From Octopus sinensis (Eukaryota): 57,149 nt of DNA. The notes under the pieces are model-generated. The model saw nothing but the letters and a program-made list of their open reading frames with translations, was not told the origin of the DNA and did no database searches. Of this stretch, positions 13,150 through 25,523 are shown piece by piece; the first letter of the stretch is position 1, and every line of letters begins with the position of its first letter. A program made the position numbers and the translations under genes. Where the stretch lies: positions 1-57,149 of the forward strand of contig NW_021833627.1 in NCBI RefSeq assembly GCF_006345805.1, read 5' to 3'.

Positions 13150-15000
13150 TGTACATTACTACTTTTCCAAAGTGACATTATTTCAACTAGAATAATTATT
13201 AATAGTAATTAATACTTTGTAGTCTGTGAAAGTATATATAGTTAATTCTACAGTCTACTGAAGTCAAGTCCAATGCCTGTGATAAAAATAGCTTTGCTTG
13301 GAACTCTGTTATTTTTGTTAAATTATATATTGTAATGGAAAACTGATATGAATTTATTCACTTAATATTTATAGAGTGATAGCTTCTACTATAGCATATT
13401 TCTACATAGTCATCTGTTCTGATATGTTTGCTCTAATACAAATACTTAGAATATTTGTATTTTGGGATAGATTGATATAAATACATTTAATCATTAATAT
13501 CCTAATCATTGCCTTGTAGATAACTAATTTGCATTATTGATATGTAGCCAAATATAATTTTATGGTTAATACTTGGAGTTTTGTGTGAAGGTAACAATGC
13601 TTCACATGAATGGCCATTAATCTTTATGAAACTCTTCATAGAAATAATTAAACATGCACTCTTTTTTTAGCCAGTAAGCCTCCAAATGATACAGGAAATC
13701 ACCATATTCCATTATAAATTCTCTTTTTCGCTATATTTTAATTGATGTTGTTACCACTTTTGTCACATTTTTCATAATGAATAACATGTTATTAAAGTAT
13801 TAAAATCCTTTTCCAATTCAGTCAGGAACACCATTTGGAAATTTTTCCAGACAGTTGTATAGTTTCTATTTTGTATTCATGAGGAATCAAAGTGTAGAGG
13901 TTGATTACATTGAATTAGACAAGAAGAGAGTCCAAGCTGGTTTTGTTCGGTTGATGGTTTAAAAAGTTCAAGTCATCTCTTATGAAACTCAGTATATGCT
14001 GAGAAATGGGTTTTAAAAGTATGTTGATGAAGTTATTTGGTCAGTGTCTCACAAGACAGACCAGCCACAACTGGTCTCATTTTCAGATCTCTGCGACATG
14101 GAATATGAATAACGAGATTGAACAGCTACAAGCTTCATTCATGGCTTTACTCAGGTGGATTTTTGAAAGTCCATAAAAGTTGCTAGTTTTGCAGTCAGAT
14201 CTTGTTAAGATGTCTCTTTCCTTTTTCTGTGAAATCTTTTTGGAACTGTTAGATGAGAGTAGTGAGCTTCGTCATTATTTTGTAATTGTTAGTTCTTTCA
14301 TAATAGTCGTCTCAAAGGAGTGTTAGAGTTGTTCTTATGTATTGTTCCAAGTATTTAATGACTACAGCACTACTTTTATCAGCTTCTTTAATAACTATAT
14401 TGCAATCACCCTTGAGATCATTAATGATTTCCCATTTTTCCCAACTTGCGTTTGATTTGAATTTTGGATGTGGGTGTAAATTACAGGGGAAATTCGTTAT
14501 TAAATCTCAAAAATTTGTCCAAAGTTTGATTTCTCCTTTTTGTCAGACTTTACTTTTATTTTGAAGCATTGACTAGTCGTTGACTTCTATGTCAAATAGT
14601 TCTTCAACAACCTGTAGTTTTCAACAAAATTCCTAGATATTATTCTGTATTTCAGTTATGTTGTAATTTTGTGGTGTGTGGGTGAATTTTTATTTTCTTC
14701 AAGAATGGGTTATCCAATTGATATCCTTCTTTAAATTTCTTCCTCATACTGATTAAACCAGTCATTGTCCCCCCCCCCATCTTTGGCTTTCTTAGCAATT
14801 TCCACTCTCATCACTTCATCAGTTGCATTTATTTTTTTCTTCATGAAATTGAGCCCTCAGTCTTAGGAGTTCCAGGACCATATTTTTAAAATTTTTCTCC
14901 CTAGAAATCCTAGAAAAAATATCTTCAAGTCTTTTGAAACTGCACTAATAAGGAAATTAAAACATAACCCAGATCCTGGAACAGAAAAATACATTAACTT
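13150..15000 (-). mobile_element. Degenerate Penelope-like element (RT region)
   Basis: Manual minus-strand translation gives SNFYGLSKIH, MRPVVAGLSCET and SFIRDDLNFLNH...LLV*FNVINLYTLIPHE. These match the PLE RT motifs FYGLPKIHK, RPIVS and FDVxSLYTNIP. Many stops and frameshifts. Confidence 0.75.
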
Positions 15001-15111
15001 TCAACAACCTTCCTCTGTCAAGAAAGCTTTATGTTTAAAACTTGCATCTTATTTTTACTTAAAAAACTAAATGGACATTTTTGGCCAATCAACACACACA
15101 CACACAATACA

Positions 15112-15167
<56 letters not shown>

Positions 15168-15539
15168 CATGTATTGTGTGTGTGTATATATGTATGTATG
15201 TATGCATTCCTATATTACCAAATGCTACTCTGAACTAATACCGCTTTCATTGCTAATAATGAATATTTGTGTGTGTGTGTGTGTGTGTGGAGAGAGAGAG
15301 AAAGAAAGGGTTATAATCCAATGTGTTCTCTTAAAGCACATCTGCATATCCCAGCTCTGCAATGTATATCCATAGATATTATGATCTATATGAGAGTTGG
15401 AAACACTGGAGAATGTTAAATACTGGAAAATATTTATTACATTGTAATAACATATCAAAACAGAAAACTAGAAAATTTTGGTATTACTTATTCCATAGTC
15501 CATGTGTTTCTTATCCAAAAGGGGATACATAAGTATGCA

Positions 15540-15912
15540 TGTAGAAAGTTTAGGTTTTCTTCCAGAGTTTTGTTTCGATGAGGAGGTTTTTCCCTCTTTC
15601 TCAATGACTGTCATTACTTTCAAGACAGTACTTCTTGATACACCAAACATTTCAGATGTTTTCGTTACGCTAGCACCTGCCATATGAGCACCAACTATTT
15701 GACCTCTTTGAAAGTCCAACAGATCTGTCATTTTTTTGAATTTTGATTACCTTTTTCTGATGATATCTGAAAAGAAAAAGTAATTTTAGTAAAATATATT
15801 AAGCAACACTAATAATAAATCAAAAAACACAAAAATAAATGAGCTTTTGACAGTTTTATAGATATTTCAAAATTATGATGCTAGTTGTTTCCATTATTTT
15901 GTTCAACCCCTG
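15540..15912 (-). mobile_element. Tc1-family 5' fragment (terminus plus HTH)
   Basis: ORF MTDLLDFQRGQIVGAHMAGASVTKTSEMFGVSRSTVLKVM (Tc1 paired-like HTH). Terminus CAGGGGTTGAAC is next to TA at 15913. Confidence 0.8.
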
Positions 15913-16376
15913 TATATATCAGGTTGTCCAAAAAGTTCTTAGTGCTTTTTAAGTGCAATAAAGGAGAAAAAAATCTCCAAAAGTAAGCCTCGCAGCTCAC
16001 TCCTTCTTCAGGGTCATATTTGAGTTTGCTACATGGTGTTCGCTACATGGTCAGTTAAAAATCAACTTCATTAGTTTTAACATTTGCTGCTGCACTCCAT
16101 GTTGTTATTCTTGTTGCTGTTTTTGCAACTCAACTCCCCCAGCTAATAACGTCTTCCATATTTTACAGTTTTCATAAGTTTGCACATGATTTTTGTTTCT
16201 CTTTTGTCGAGTTATTTAATTTTCCACGTGTGAATCTCTTTTTTTCACTCCACATCAATTTGTTTTTCCTCGTTACCACTGTTGTAAAGTGGGTTCCTGT
16301 GATGTGTGACTGGCGTTGTACTGTAGTAGCCACAATAGTTCCTAGTCATCAGATGCCATTGTATCTCTTCATACTA

Positions 16377-16540
16377 AGGTGGCAAGCTGGCAGAATCGTT
16401 AGCAGCAGACAAAATACTGCAAAGTATTTCACCTGGCGCGCTATGTTCTGAGTTCAAATTCCACCGAGGGTCGATATAATCGACTTAATCTGTTTTTCTG
16501 TCCTTGTTTGTCCTCTCTGTGGGTAGTAAAGAAATAGGTA
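16377..16540 (+). mobile_element. tRNA-derived SINE remnant
   Basis: A-box-like GGCAAGCTGGCAGAATCGTTAG and B-box-like GAGTTCAAATTCC. The 3' part resembles 42820-42920. Confidence 0.65.
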
Positions 16541-17045
16541 TCTCTTCATATCAGAATAGTAATACACTAACTTCTCCTGTCTTACTATCGTTGATACCTC
16601 CACAAGACCCCCAACTAGAACTGTCGACTCCCAACCCTCTCTTGATGACCGCTTTCTTTATAATGACTGTTTCCTCCTACTTTTTACCAGATGGAATATA
16701 CAGTTTCACTATACTACAAAATGATAATCACATTCCCCAATTTCATCTTTCTAGTAAAAATACTGAATATTTCATTTTTTTTATGTCAATTTCTAATTTT
16801 GAACATTTCTATATGAAGCATACTTTGAATATTTTTCTTTTTCTCGCCTTTCCTTTTTTTTACATTCTTTCTCTATATTGTATTGGATATTTGTTCTTAA
16901 GAAGCATTTCTGTTGTCAAGGAGAGAGTGTTAATAAGTGCATGAAACTAATCAATATGTATGCCACATTGTTTTATATTGCACTTGAAATGTTCCTACAT
17001 CTGTTTAACATGTCTTTCTATACCTTTTTTCTTTTTACTTTCTAG

Positions 17046-17133
17046 GCCTCAGCTTGGTATCAATGTTTTCAAATGGGATGCTTGTCATTTGCCACTTGCC
17101 AGCCACAGTGTAGATGCTTTCATCACTGATTTG
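17046..17133 (+). CDS. THUMPD3: Isolated internal exon of a THUMPD3/Trm14-like tRNA m2G methyltransferase
   Basis: Strong polypyrimidine acceptor (TTTTTTCTTTTTACTTTCTAG|G). Encodes PQLGINVFKWDACHLPLASHSVDAFITDL, similar to the recalled THUMPD3 motif WDICNLPLRTGSVDIIVTDL(PFG). The donor TTG|GTTGGA is weak and no other exons were found. Confidence 0.7.
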
Positions 17134-17697
17134 GTTGGAAATAAGTTTTTTTCTCCCCTTTTCTAAATCTAAATCAAAAAATATTTTCCAAAAATTTTTA
17201 TAGTATTTTTTTTTCAAGAATTCTTTGTGAATAACTGGCTAAATTTCTTAGACTGTGTAACCATAATTCTCTCATGAGAAATGCCATTCACTAAAGCAGC
17301 AAAATTATAACCTTTGTTCATCTATTAAAAAGCTATAAATTTATTGATGAAAAATTATGAAACAGTTTTTATTGAGTTTCTTCATAGAATTAGTTTGCTA
17401 TAAATTGTTATCAGGTTTCAATTGATTGAAGTGAAAAGAAAGAAACATATTTTCACTGTCACATTACAATTCAAGACAAACAAAAAAAAAAAGGAAAATC
17501 TATTACTCTTCTTCAATAATTAGGATCTTCAAATAACTCAAAATGAAATTTTTTTTACAAAAAAAAGCAAAATAAAACAAGATATAAAAAACAGATGGTT
17601 GAAATAACTACAGTTCATTAACAATACATATTTTATTTTATATTTATATATATAGATATATATATATATATATATATCTATTCGTGTGTATATATAT

Positions 17698-20600
17698 CAT
17701 CATCATCATCATCATCGTTTAGCGTCCGTTTTCCATGCTAGCATGGGTTGGACGGTTCTACTGGGGTCTGTGAAGCCAGAAGGCTTCATCAGGCCCAGTC
17801 AAATCTGGCAGTGTTTCTACGGCTGGATGCCCTTCCTAACGCCAACCACTCCGTGAGTGTAGTGGGTGCTTTTTACGTGCCACCCGCACTGGTGCCAGAC
17901 AGAGCTGGCAAATGGCCACGAACGGATGGAGCTTTTTATGTGCCACCGGCACGAGGGCCAGGCGAGGCTGGCAACGGACACGAAACGGGGCGGTGCTGGC
18001 AACGGTCGCGAAACGGAAAGTTCTCTTACATGCCACCGGCACTGGTAACACATCTGCAATTTCCATTGATCGATTTCCATTGATCGATTTCGATTCTGAT
18101 CCTCACTTGCCTCATCACGTCTTCTCAAGTAGAGTTTTGTGTCCCAAGATGGGAAGGTATGCATACGTAGGCTGGCTCCATCCCATGTAGAAGGCCACGG
18201 GTTATGGACTCACTTGTCCTGCCTGGTCTTCTCGCGCACAGCACACTTCCAGAGGTCTCGGTCTCTAGTCATTTCCTCAGTGAGACCTAAAGTTCGAAGG
18301 TCGTGCTTCACCACCTCGTCCCAGGTTTTCCTGGGTCTGCCTCTTCCACAGGTTCCCTCAACCGCTAGGGTGTGGCACTTTTTCACACAACTATCTTCAT
18401 CCATTCTCGCCACATGACCATACCAGCGCAAACGTCTCTCTTGCACACCACAACTGATGCTTCTTAGGTCCAGCTTTTCTCTCAAGGTACTTACACTCTG
18501 CCGAGTGTGAGTACCGGCATTACACATCCATCGGAGCATACTGGCTTCATTTCTAGCGAGCTTACGCATATCCTCAGCAGTCACGGCCCATGTTTCACTG
18601 CCATGTAGCATGGCTGTTCGTACACACGCATCATACAGTCTGCCTTTCACTCTGTGCGAGAGGCCTTTTGTCACCAGCAGAGGTAAGAGCTCTCTGAACT
18701 TTGCCCAAGCTATTCTTACTCTAGCAGTTACACTTTCAGCACACCGCCCCCGCTGCTGACTTGGTCACCTAGGTAACGGAAACTATCAACTATTTCTAGT
18801 TTTTCTCCCTGGAAAGTGACGGAAGTTGGTCTCAGAGCATTTTCAGTGTTTATTGTTCCTGAGCATCTGCCACATACAAAAACCATCTTCCTAGTTAGCC
18901 TTCCTTTGACATTGCTGCATCTCTTATGTGTCCATAGCTTACACTTGGTGCATCTTATAGAGTTTCTACCTACACCTTTTCTACAGATCGAGCAGGGCCA
19001 TCTACCTGAAGGTGTTTGTGATTTGTCTACCTTCCTACTGATTACGACTTTGGTTTTAGCTAGATTGACTCTGAGGCCCCTCGATTCTAATCCTTGTTTC
19101 CACACCTGAAACTTCTCCTCCAGTTCTGATAGCGACTCAGCAATTAGAGCAAGGTCATCAGCATAGAGGAGCTCCCAAGGGCATCCTGTCTTGAATTCCT
19201 CCGTTATTGCCTGGAGGACTATGATAAATAGGAGGGGGCTGAGTACTGAGCCTTGGTGGACTCCTACCTCTACCCGGATTCTTCACTGTACACATTTCCA
19301 ACCCTCACCCTACTAGCGGCATCCCTGTACATGGCCCACACAGCTCTCACTAACCATTCATCTATCCCTAGTTTCCTCATTGCCACCAGATAAGGGATCG
19401 GGGGACCCTGTCGAAGGCTTCCTCCATGTCAACAAAAGCCAGGTACAGGGGCTTATCTTTGGCTAGGTATTTCTCCTGCAGCTGCCTTACCAGGAATATA
19501 GCATCAGTAGTACTTTTCCCTGGCACAAGCCCAAACTGCATCTCATCTAAACTAACTCTCTCTCTAATTAGTTGGGCTATGACCCTCTCCGTAACCTTCA
19601 TCACCTGGTCCAACAGCTTGATACCTCTGTAGTTATTTGTATCTAGGGCATCACCTTTACCTTTGTAGCAGTTGACTATTATACTGCTACACCAGTCATT
19701 GGGTATGACCCCTTTGTGTATCACCTGATTAACTATACGGGTGACTAGGCTATAGCCGACACTACCAGACATTTTGAGCATCTCTGCAGTGATTCCTGAT
19801 GGGCCTGGGGCTTTCCCTGTCTTCATGCTTCTAATTGCCTTAGCTACCACGGAACTATCAACTCGGATAGCTGGTCCCTCTGTTGGGTCAACATTCGGCA
19901 GACTCTCTTTATCCCATTCATTTTCTTCATTCAGCAACCTTTCATAGTGGCATCTCCAAACCTCTCTCTTTGCATCCTCATTTAGCGCAAGTGAACCATC
20001 TTCCATGCGAACACACTTCTCTCCTACCACATCACGATTCTCTCTCACACACTGTCTTGCAACACGAAACACCTCCAGTCTTTGGTCCTCACGGCGCAGA
20101 ACATTGGCAAATTTTTTCTTATCTGCTTCCCCTCTGGCTAAATAAACCTGTCTCCTAGCTTCTCTTTTGGCAGTCTGATACAATCCCCTGCTACCCCCAT
20201 TTTTCCAGACCTTCCAAGCCTGTCTCTTTTCTCTAATAGCCCTGTCTACAATATTGTTCCACCACCACGTTATTCTAGGTCGAGAGGGGACTTTGCACCA
20301 GCCACAGATCTGGTCAGTGGCTCTCAGCAGGTTGTCCCTTAGAAACGTCCAGCTGTCTTCTCACCCCCTGTGATGCTCTATCCCCTTCTACTTCGTCAGA
20401 GGCTTCAAGTAATATGTCCCTAAATCTCTGTCCATTTGCAGGATCTTTAAGCTTCCAGATCCTTCTTCTCCATATTTGTCGTCTTCTGGTTGTCCTCCTA
20501 GTCCTGATCCTAAAGTCACTAACTACCAGTCTATGTTGTGGGGTACATTCTTCACCTGGGAAGGTTTTGGCATTTATAAGCAGCCATCTCTCCCTTTGCC

Positions 20601-21545
20601 TTGTAAGGATGTAGTCAATTTGGCTGGTATGTTGGCCCGATTGGTAAGTGACTAGGTGGCTGGTAGGTTTCCTGAAGTTAGTGTTGCAAATCATAAGATT
20701 ATTTGCATCGCAGAACTCCAGCAGCCTGGTTCCCTCCTCGTTGCGGGAGCCATAGCCATAGCCTCCATGTACGCCATGGAAGCCCCCAGCATGTCGTCCA
20801 ACGTGACCATTGAAGTCACCAGCCACAAAGATAAGGTCTCTGTCGTTCGTCAACGAGGTAGTCTGCAGTAGAGTGTCATAGAATCGGTCTTTCTGTCCAT
20901 CGGGTAGCCCCGACTGAGGAGCATAGGCTGATATAATGGTTGCTAAACTATGATGAAGCACTAATCTAATCTTAAGTATTCTGTCACATACTCTGATTAC
21001 CTCAATTACTTTATCTACCCTTTCTCAGCGATAAGTATACCCACGCCACCAACCCCGTCAGTGATCCCTGCCCAGAAAATCTTGTACCTGCGTTCCTTGC
21101 CTGTGAGGAACCTAGCTGATCCTCCTCTCCACCTTATTTCTTGCATGCAACATATATCCACACATCTCCGTTCAAGCATCTCGACTATCTCACCAGACCT
21201 ACCTTTCAGAGTGCCAACGTTGAGGGTGCCAACCCTGAGGGGTGGGAGGCATGGGCTCTAGAGACCCTGGGACGGTGGACAGTAGCTTCGTGTACCTGAA
21301 AAGAAAGCTCGCATTTGGCAGAATTCATGTGCAAGAAATGAAGTAGTAAAGTAGCCTTCAGTACAACCTGCCTAACGCTAGCCTTTCATATTTTGCACTG
21401 TATGAACATTACCTTACATAGGTCGAGACTAGGGGTAGGGAGGGGTAGGGATGGTGAGAACATTTGCAGTCTTCATGGGAAGCAACCCCGGAATGGCAGA
21501 GAATAGGAACTTCCGGCATGCGTGGTGTGGGTGGGAGAGCGGATG
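17698..21545 (-). mobile_element. Near full-length RTE-clade LINE with (GAT)n tail
   Basis: APE endonuclease (LRVGTLNVGTL, ISAYAPQ, VAGDFNGHVG, SQIDYIL), RT (KAPGPSG, NYRGIKLL, HQGSVLSPLLF, LLYADD) and C-terminal RRLRWYGHVARM...GRGRPRKTW. ~500 nt 3' UTR ending in (GAT)n next to (TA)n. Confidence 0.95.
18210..21328 (-). pseudogene. RTE APE-RT ORF with embedded PHD-like finger, split by a few frameshifts
   Basis: Segments 20314-20961, 19377-20183, 18728-19105 and 18210-18674. Candidate start MNSAKCELSFQVH at 21328. Confidence 0.85.
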
Positions 21546-21880
21546 CACCGTGTCTGAGTAAAGAGGTTCTGTTAATCGTATGAGCTAGCAAATGGGTTTG
21601 TATGAATCGGGAGACAACACTAAACGAAAAATTGAAAAATCAGAGTGGCTATGAACCTGTAGACAAGTCTAAACGAAAAAAAAAAATGTTTGAGCTAGAC
21701 AGGGTAATGAGGGAATACTGAAAGAATGAGGGACAATACAATGAGATGGAAATTGAAGAATAGAGAAAGAATAAGAATAAGTGCAAGAAAGAAGGTAGTC
21801 GTAGCGAGGTTGGACGATTCACTTAACTTTTAGCCATTCATGATCTGTGCGTATTCTTTAGATATTTTGAAGCGAGTGGG
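21546..21880. repeat. Block X copy 1 (~335 bp direct repeat ending in the Tx1 target)
   Basis: Nearly identical to 32683-33013 (CACCGTGTCTGAG...TTTTGAAGCGAGTGGG). Confidence 0.95.
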
Positions 21881-22114
21881 TATTTCTTTATTATGATTAT
21901 ATAATCACACATAGAAGGACAAATACAGGACATACATGCAAAAAACAGTTAAGAGATTCGTTTTAAAAATTTTCATTTACATTTGGATTATAAAAATAAA
22001 AATAAATGTCCTTTACATGACCTAGTAGAACAAACCACAGTACATAACTGGAGCTTCTGCACCCCGGCAACTTATGAGGCCCTGCAGCTTCCACTTCCTC
22101 TCTCTCCTCCATGG

Positions 22115-25100
22115 TCAAGCTGGGTTTCTGACACCCACCTTTTTTTCCACTTCCTTCCATCTTTTCTCATACACACGCCGCGGTAAGATCCTCTTTTCCA
22201 GCCCCATTTTGCTCTTCAGATGATATCTGAAGTAAGTGAGCAAGCTGGGGCCGGAGACAAAGGCTCCTATCGCGGCTCCTTCCATTCTCGTTCTCCACAT
22301 GCATTCCTTTACTACTGCAACCGTGCAGTGAAAACATGCCTCACCTTCCTTCGAGAGTCCAGTTGGCGGTATCATCTTAATCATAGACTCAGCCGACAGC
22401 TGTACTCGTCCCAGATGCGATAACACGTGTTCTGCGTAACTTATCAAGTCGGACAACTTCCGACAGTGAACAAAAGCGTGCTGGACGGTTTCATCGTCCA
22501 ACTCGCACCTTGGACACGTCGGTGGCACTGAAACTCCGTGCCGTGATAACTTCTCGCGAACAGGTAAAGCATTCCTATAACACTGCCAGGCCAGGGATCT
22601 TTGGAAATTATCCAAATACCCCGACCTGAAAGTTTTTTTAAACAGGTTGGCAAGCTGGTCTTCATCAAACCCCAGAGCCCCTCCTAGGACGTCGTCGTTT
22701 TTTTCCTCTACCAGCCCTCTATAAAATACCGAGGTGGTATTTCCGCAGCCGGCCTTGCCCGCCTTGTGGATCAGCGTGAGTGCCTGTCGGCACTCCTTTT
22801 GCCATGGAGTCAGTTTCCATCTTTTGATGTAACCGGGTTTAAAATTCACTAAGGAGGCCGGTCTCGGGAAAAATCCCCCTGCCAGCGGACTCCACACCTT
22901 ATCACCTTCCAGGTGGTGCCAGAGATGCCTTAGCCTCAACGCATGTCTGCGCATCATCAACCAAGGCATTCCTAACCCACCCTTTAACGGTTCCTGGCAG
23001 CAAACGGAGTGCCTCACAAGTGGCCTTCCTCCTTTCCACAAAAAGCGGAGAAGGATTCGCTCCAACTTGTTAAGCCATGAATCGGGGCAAGGGACAACGG
23101 TCAGGCGGTATGTGATTACAGATGCAATGAACATCTGCACCACCTCCGCCCTTCCTTTCAAGGACAGAAACCTCCCGGACCAGGTCCGTACTATGGCTTC
23201 CACCTTGCTTGTCACCTCACTCCAGTTCTTCTCCGTTTGGGAGTCTGGCCCAAACCAAACTCCCAGCAACTTAACAGGGCCATCCGTCCAGTGTCCCACG
23301 ACACTGGACGATATCGACTTGCTCCTCCAGGTGCCGAGGCGCAAGCCAACCGATTTGTCCTTGTTAACCCTTGCTCCTGCCACCGCCTCGTATCCTCTGA
23401 TAGCCTCCTCTACACAAGGTAGTTGGGCCTCTTTGGACACGATGAGGGTGACGTCATCCGCATAAGCAGTAACCGTCCTCCCACCTCCGATTTCATCCGA
23501 GTTACTCCCTAGCCTTCCAACTTTCGCAGCAGCTCAAGAGCCAATACGTACAAAAGTGGTGACAAGGGGCACCCCTGACGCACTGAACACTCGATCGAAA
23601 ACGGTTCCGTTAGGTAACCGTTTATCTGGACGGTGGACTTGATGCCGCTATACATAGCGGAGATCCACCCGCGAAATTCAGGGCCCAGCCCAGCCGCTTC
23701 GAGGACCGTCGCCAGGTACCCATGGTCTACCCTATCGAAGGCTTTACTTTGGTCTAAATGGACCATTACCCCGCCTTTGCCGGCTAATTTACCCACCCTA
23801 TCTAAGGTGTAGCGTATAAGGTGAAGGTTGTCCTGGATCGACCTGCCTGGAATTGCACATGTCTGTGCTCTCCCTACAAGTTTCTCCACGACAACCGTCA
23901 ACCTTTTTGCCAACACCTTGGCCAAAATCTTTAACTCTACATTAAGTAGAGTTATGGCCTGTAGTTACTGATGTTATCCCCCTTGCTCGGGTCTTTCTGG
24001 ATTAGCGTCACCACTCCCCGGCTTACAGAACTGGGAATTCTCCCATTCTGCTGCCAGTTCGTGTAGACGCCCGCCAGTATTCCCCCGAACAAGTCCGGCA
24101 TACTTTGGTAAAACTCGTAGGGCAGACCATCCAACCCCGGCGACTTCTCCCGGCGCATCCGGCCAGTATCTCCTTTATCTCCGCCGGAGTGATCGCTCCT
24201 TCACAGCACTCCACCTCACGCCCCGCGAGCCGCGGTCCGCCGGCTAGGAAGTCCTTTAAGGCTCTCCCCCGATCCAGCGAACCACCACCCCGAACACGCG
24301 AGCGAAATGCTGGTGAAGAAACTTTTGCATCTCCTCCTGTCCATAGATCTTTTGTCCCTGTTCGTCAGTCAAAGATTTGATTGAGGCTCTGTTGCCTCTC
24401 TGACTCTCCACACGACGGGCCCATCCGGCCACGTTAATACCTTCTCGTTTCCCAGCGCGTAGCTTAGCTCTGACTCTGCAACCTTCGTGTTTGGAGTTAA
24501 GGTGACGGTACAATACCGTCCTTGCCGCCATCACTCCGGATGCAGAGCCAGCTTCCATTGCCTCGTCTAGATTCTTAACTAAATCGCCCTCTAGACTAGC
24601 CCTATCTATCCTTAGCTGATTGCTAAATCTAACGGACTCTGAACGAATGGCTCTTTTGAGGGCGTGCCACCATCTATTGTTAATGATGGTGCCACACAAT
24701 GCCCTCTGAACTAACACCTTAATCCGGGCACGGAAGTCTTCACAATTCAAAATAGCCTTGTTCAGCTTCCAGTACCCGGGTCCCTGTCTATGACACTTGT
24801 CTAATTGCATCCCACACGTCACAAATTTGTGATCCGAGTAGGGTACAATATGAAATTGTGGACAACTAAACGTATCCTTATCTCTTTTCTTGATAAATAT
24901 CCTATCTAGATACGATCTGTGTGAGCCGTCGTTGTTACTCCACGTCCACTGTGGAACGCTCGGCTCATCCAGTCGGTAACGGTCCACTAGATCAAAGCTC
25001 TCTAGTAGACCTTGAGGCTAGGGTTCCCCTTCCTATTGGTTGAGCCAACATTGTCGATGTGCGCTTCAAGGACAGTGTTAAAGTCCCCTACTAGGATTAC

Positions 25101-25495
25101 TGTTTTCGACGTCGCTAAAAAGGGCTCCAGGTTCCGAAAAAACCCGTCTGTCTACCCTCGTTCGGGGCGTAGACAGCTACCAACCTGAAGGACTGTTTAC
25201 TTACGTGAGTCACATCCAGGACAACCAGCCTGCCTTCTGGGTCCAGAAAGACAGTACTTACCTGCAAGTCCAAGCTCTTCCTGATGAAGACTGCCACGCC
25301 TCTGCCTCTTCCTCGGCTAGGAGAAATAAATTTTTCGAAACCATTTAGAAGAGGCGAGAACGCTTGGGTCTCGCTCATCTTGGACTCGGTTGCAATGGCT
25401 ATATCTACACCATGTGTCGTGAGGTCGTTCAGGAAACAAATTTGTTTCCGTTTCGACCCCATTCCACGTACATTTATACAACCCAGCTTAGCCAT
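22115..25495 (-). pseudogene. Tx1 ORF2 copy A (APE endonuclease, RT, C-terminal zinc finger), frameshifted
   Basis: MAKLGCINVRG, VAVYAPN, SYLDRIF, KSPGLDGLP, LDQSKAFDRVDH, VRQGCPLSPLLY, AYADD and CPRC...ETVQHAFVHC. Confidence 0.9.
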
Positions 25496-25523
25496 TGTAG
25501 GTTAGAGAGAAAAATAGATGTAC

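Noticed and set aside
14089-14156. Possible + strand exon (TTTCAG|ATC...CAG|GT)
   Set aside because: The minus strand is clearly Penelope RT (FYGLSKIH, MRPVVAG) and the peptide does not fit USP24 or THUMPD3.
21296-21412. Apparent intron in the RTE leader (AAG|GTAATG...TTTCTTTTCAG|G) linking an ATG at 21463 to the ORF
   Set aside because: An in-frame ATG at 21328 inside the putative intron already opens the ORF, and retrotransposed copies should lose introns. Not supportable without RNA data.
21865-21880. Tx1 target resembling U2 (ATCGCTTCT) or U6 (GCTCGCTTCG) snRNA 5' ends
   Set aside because: Only 7-8 nt are shared and the flanks do not continue into either snRNA.
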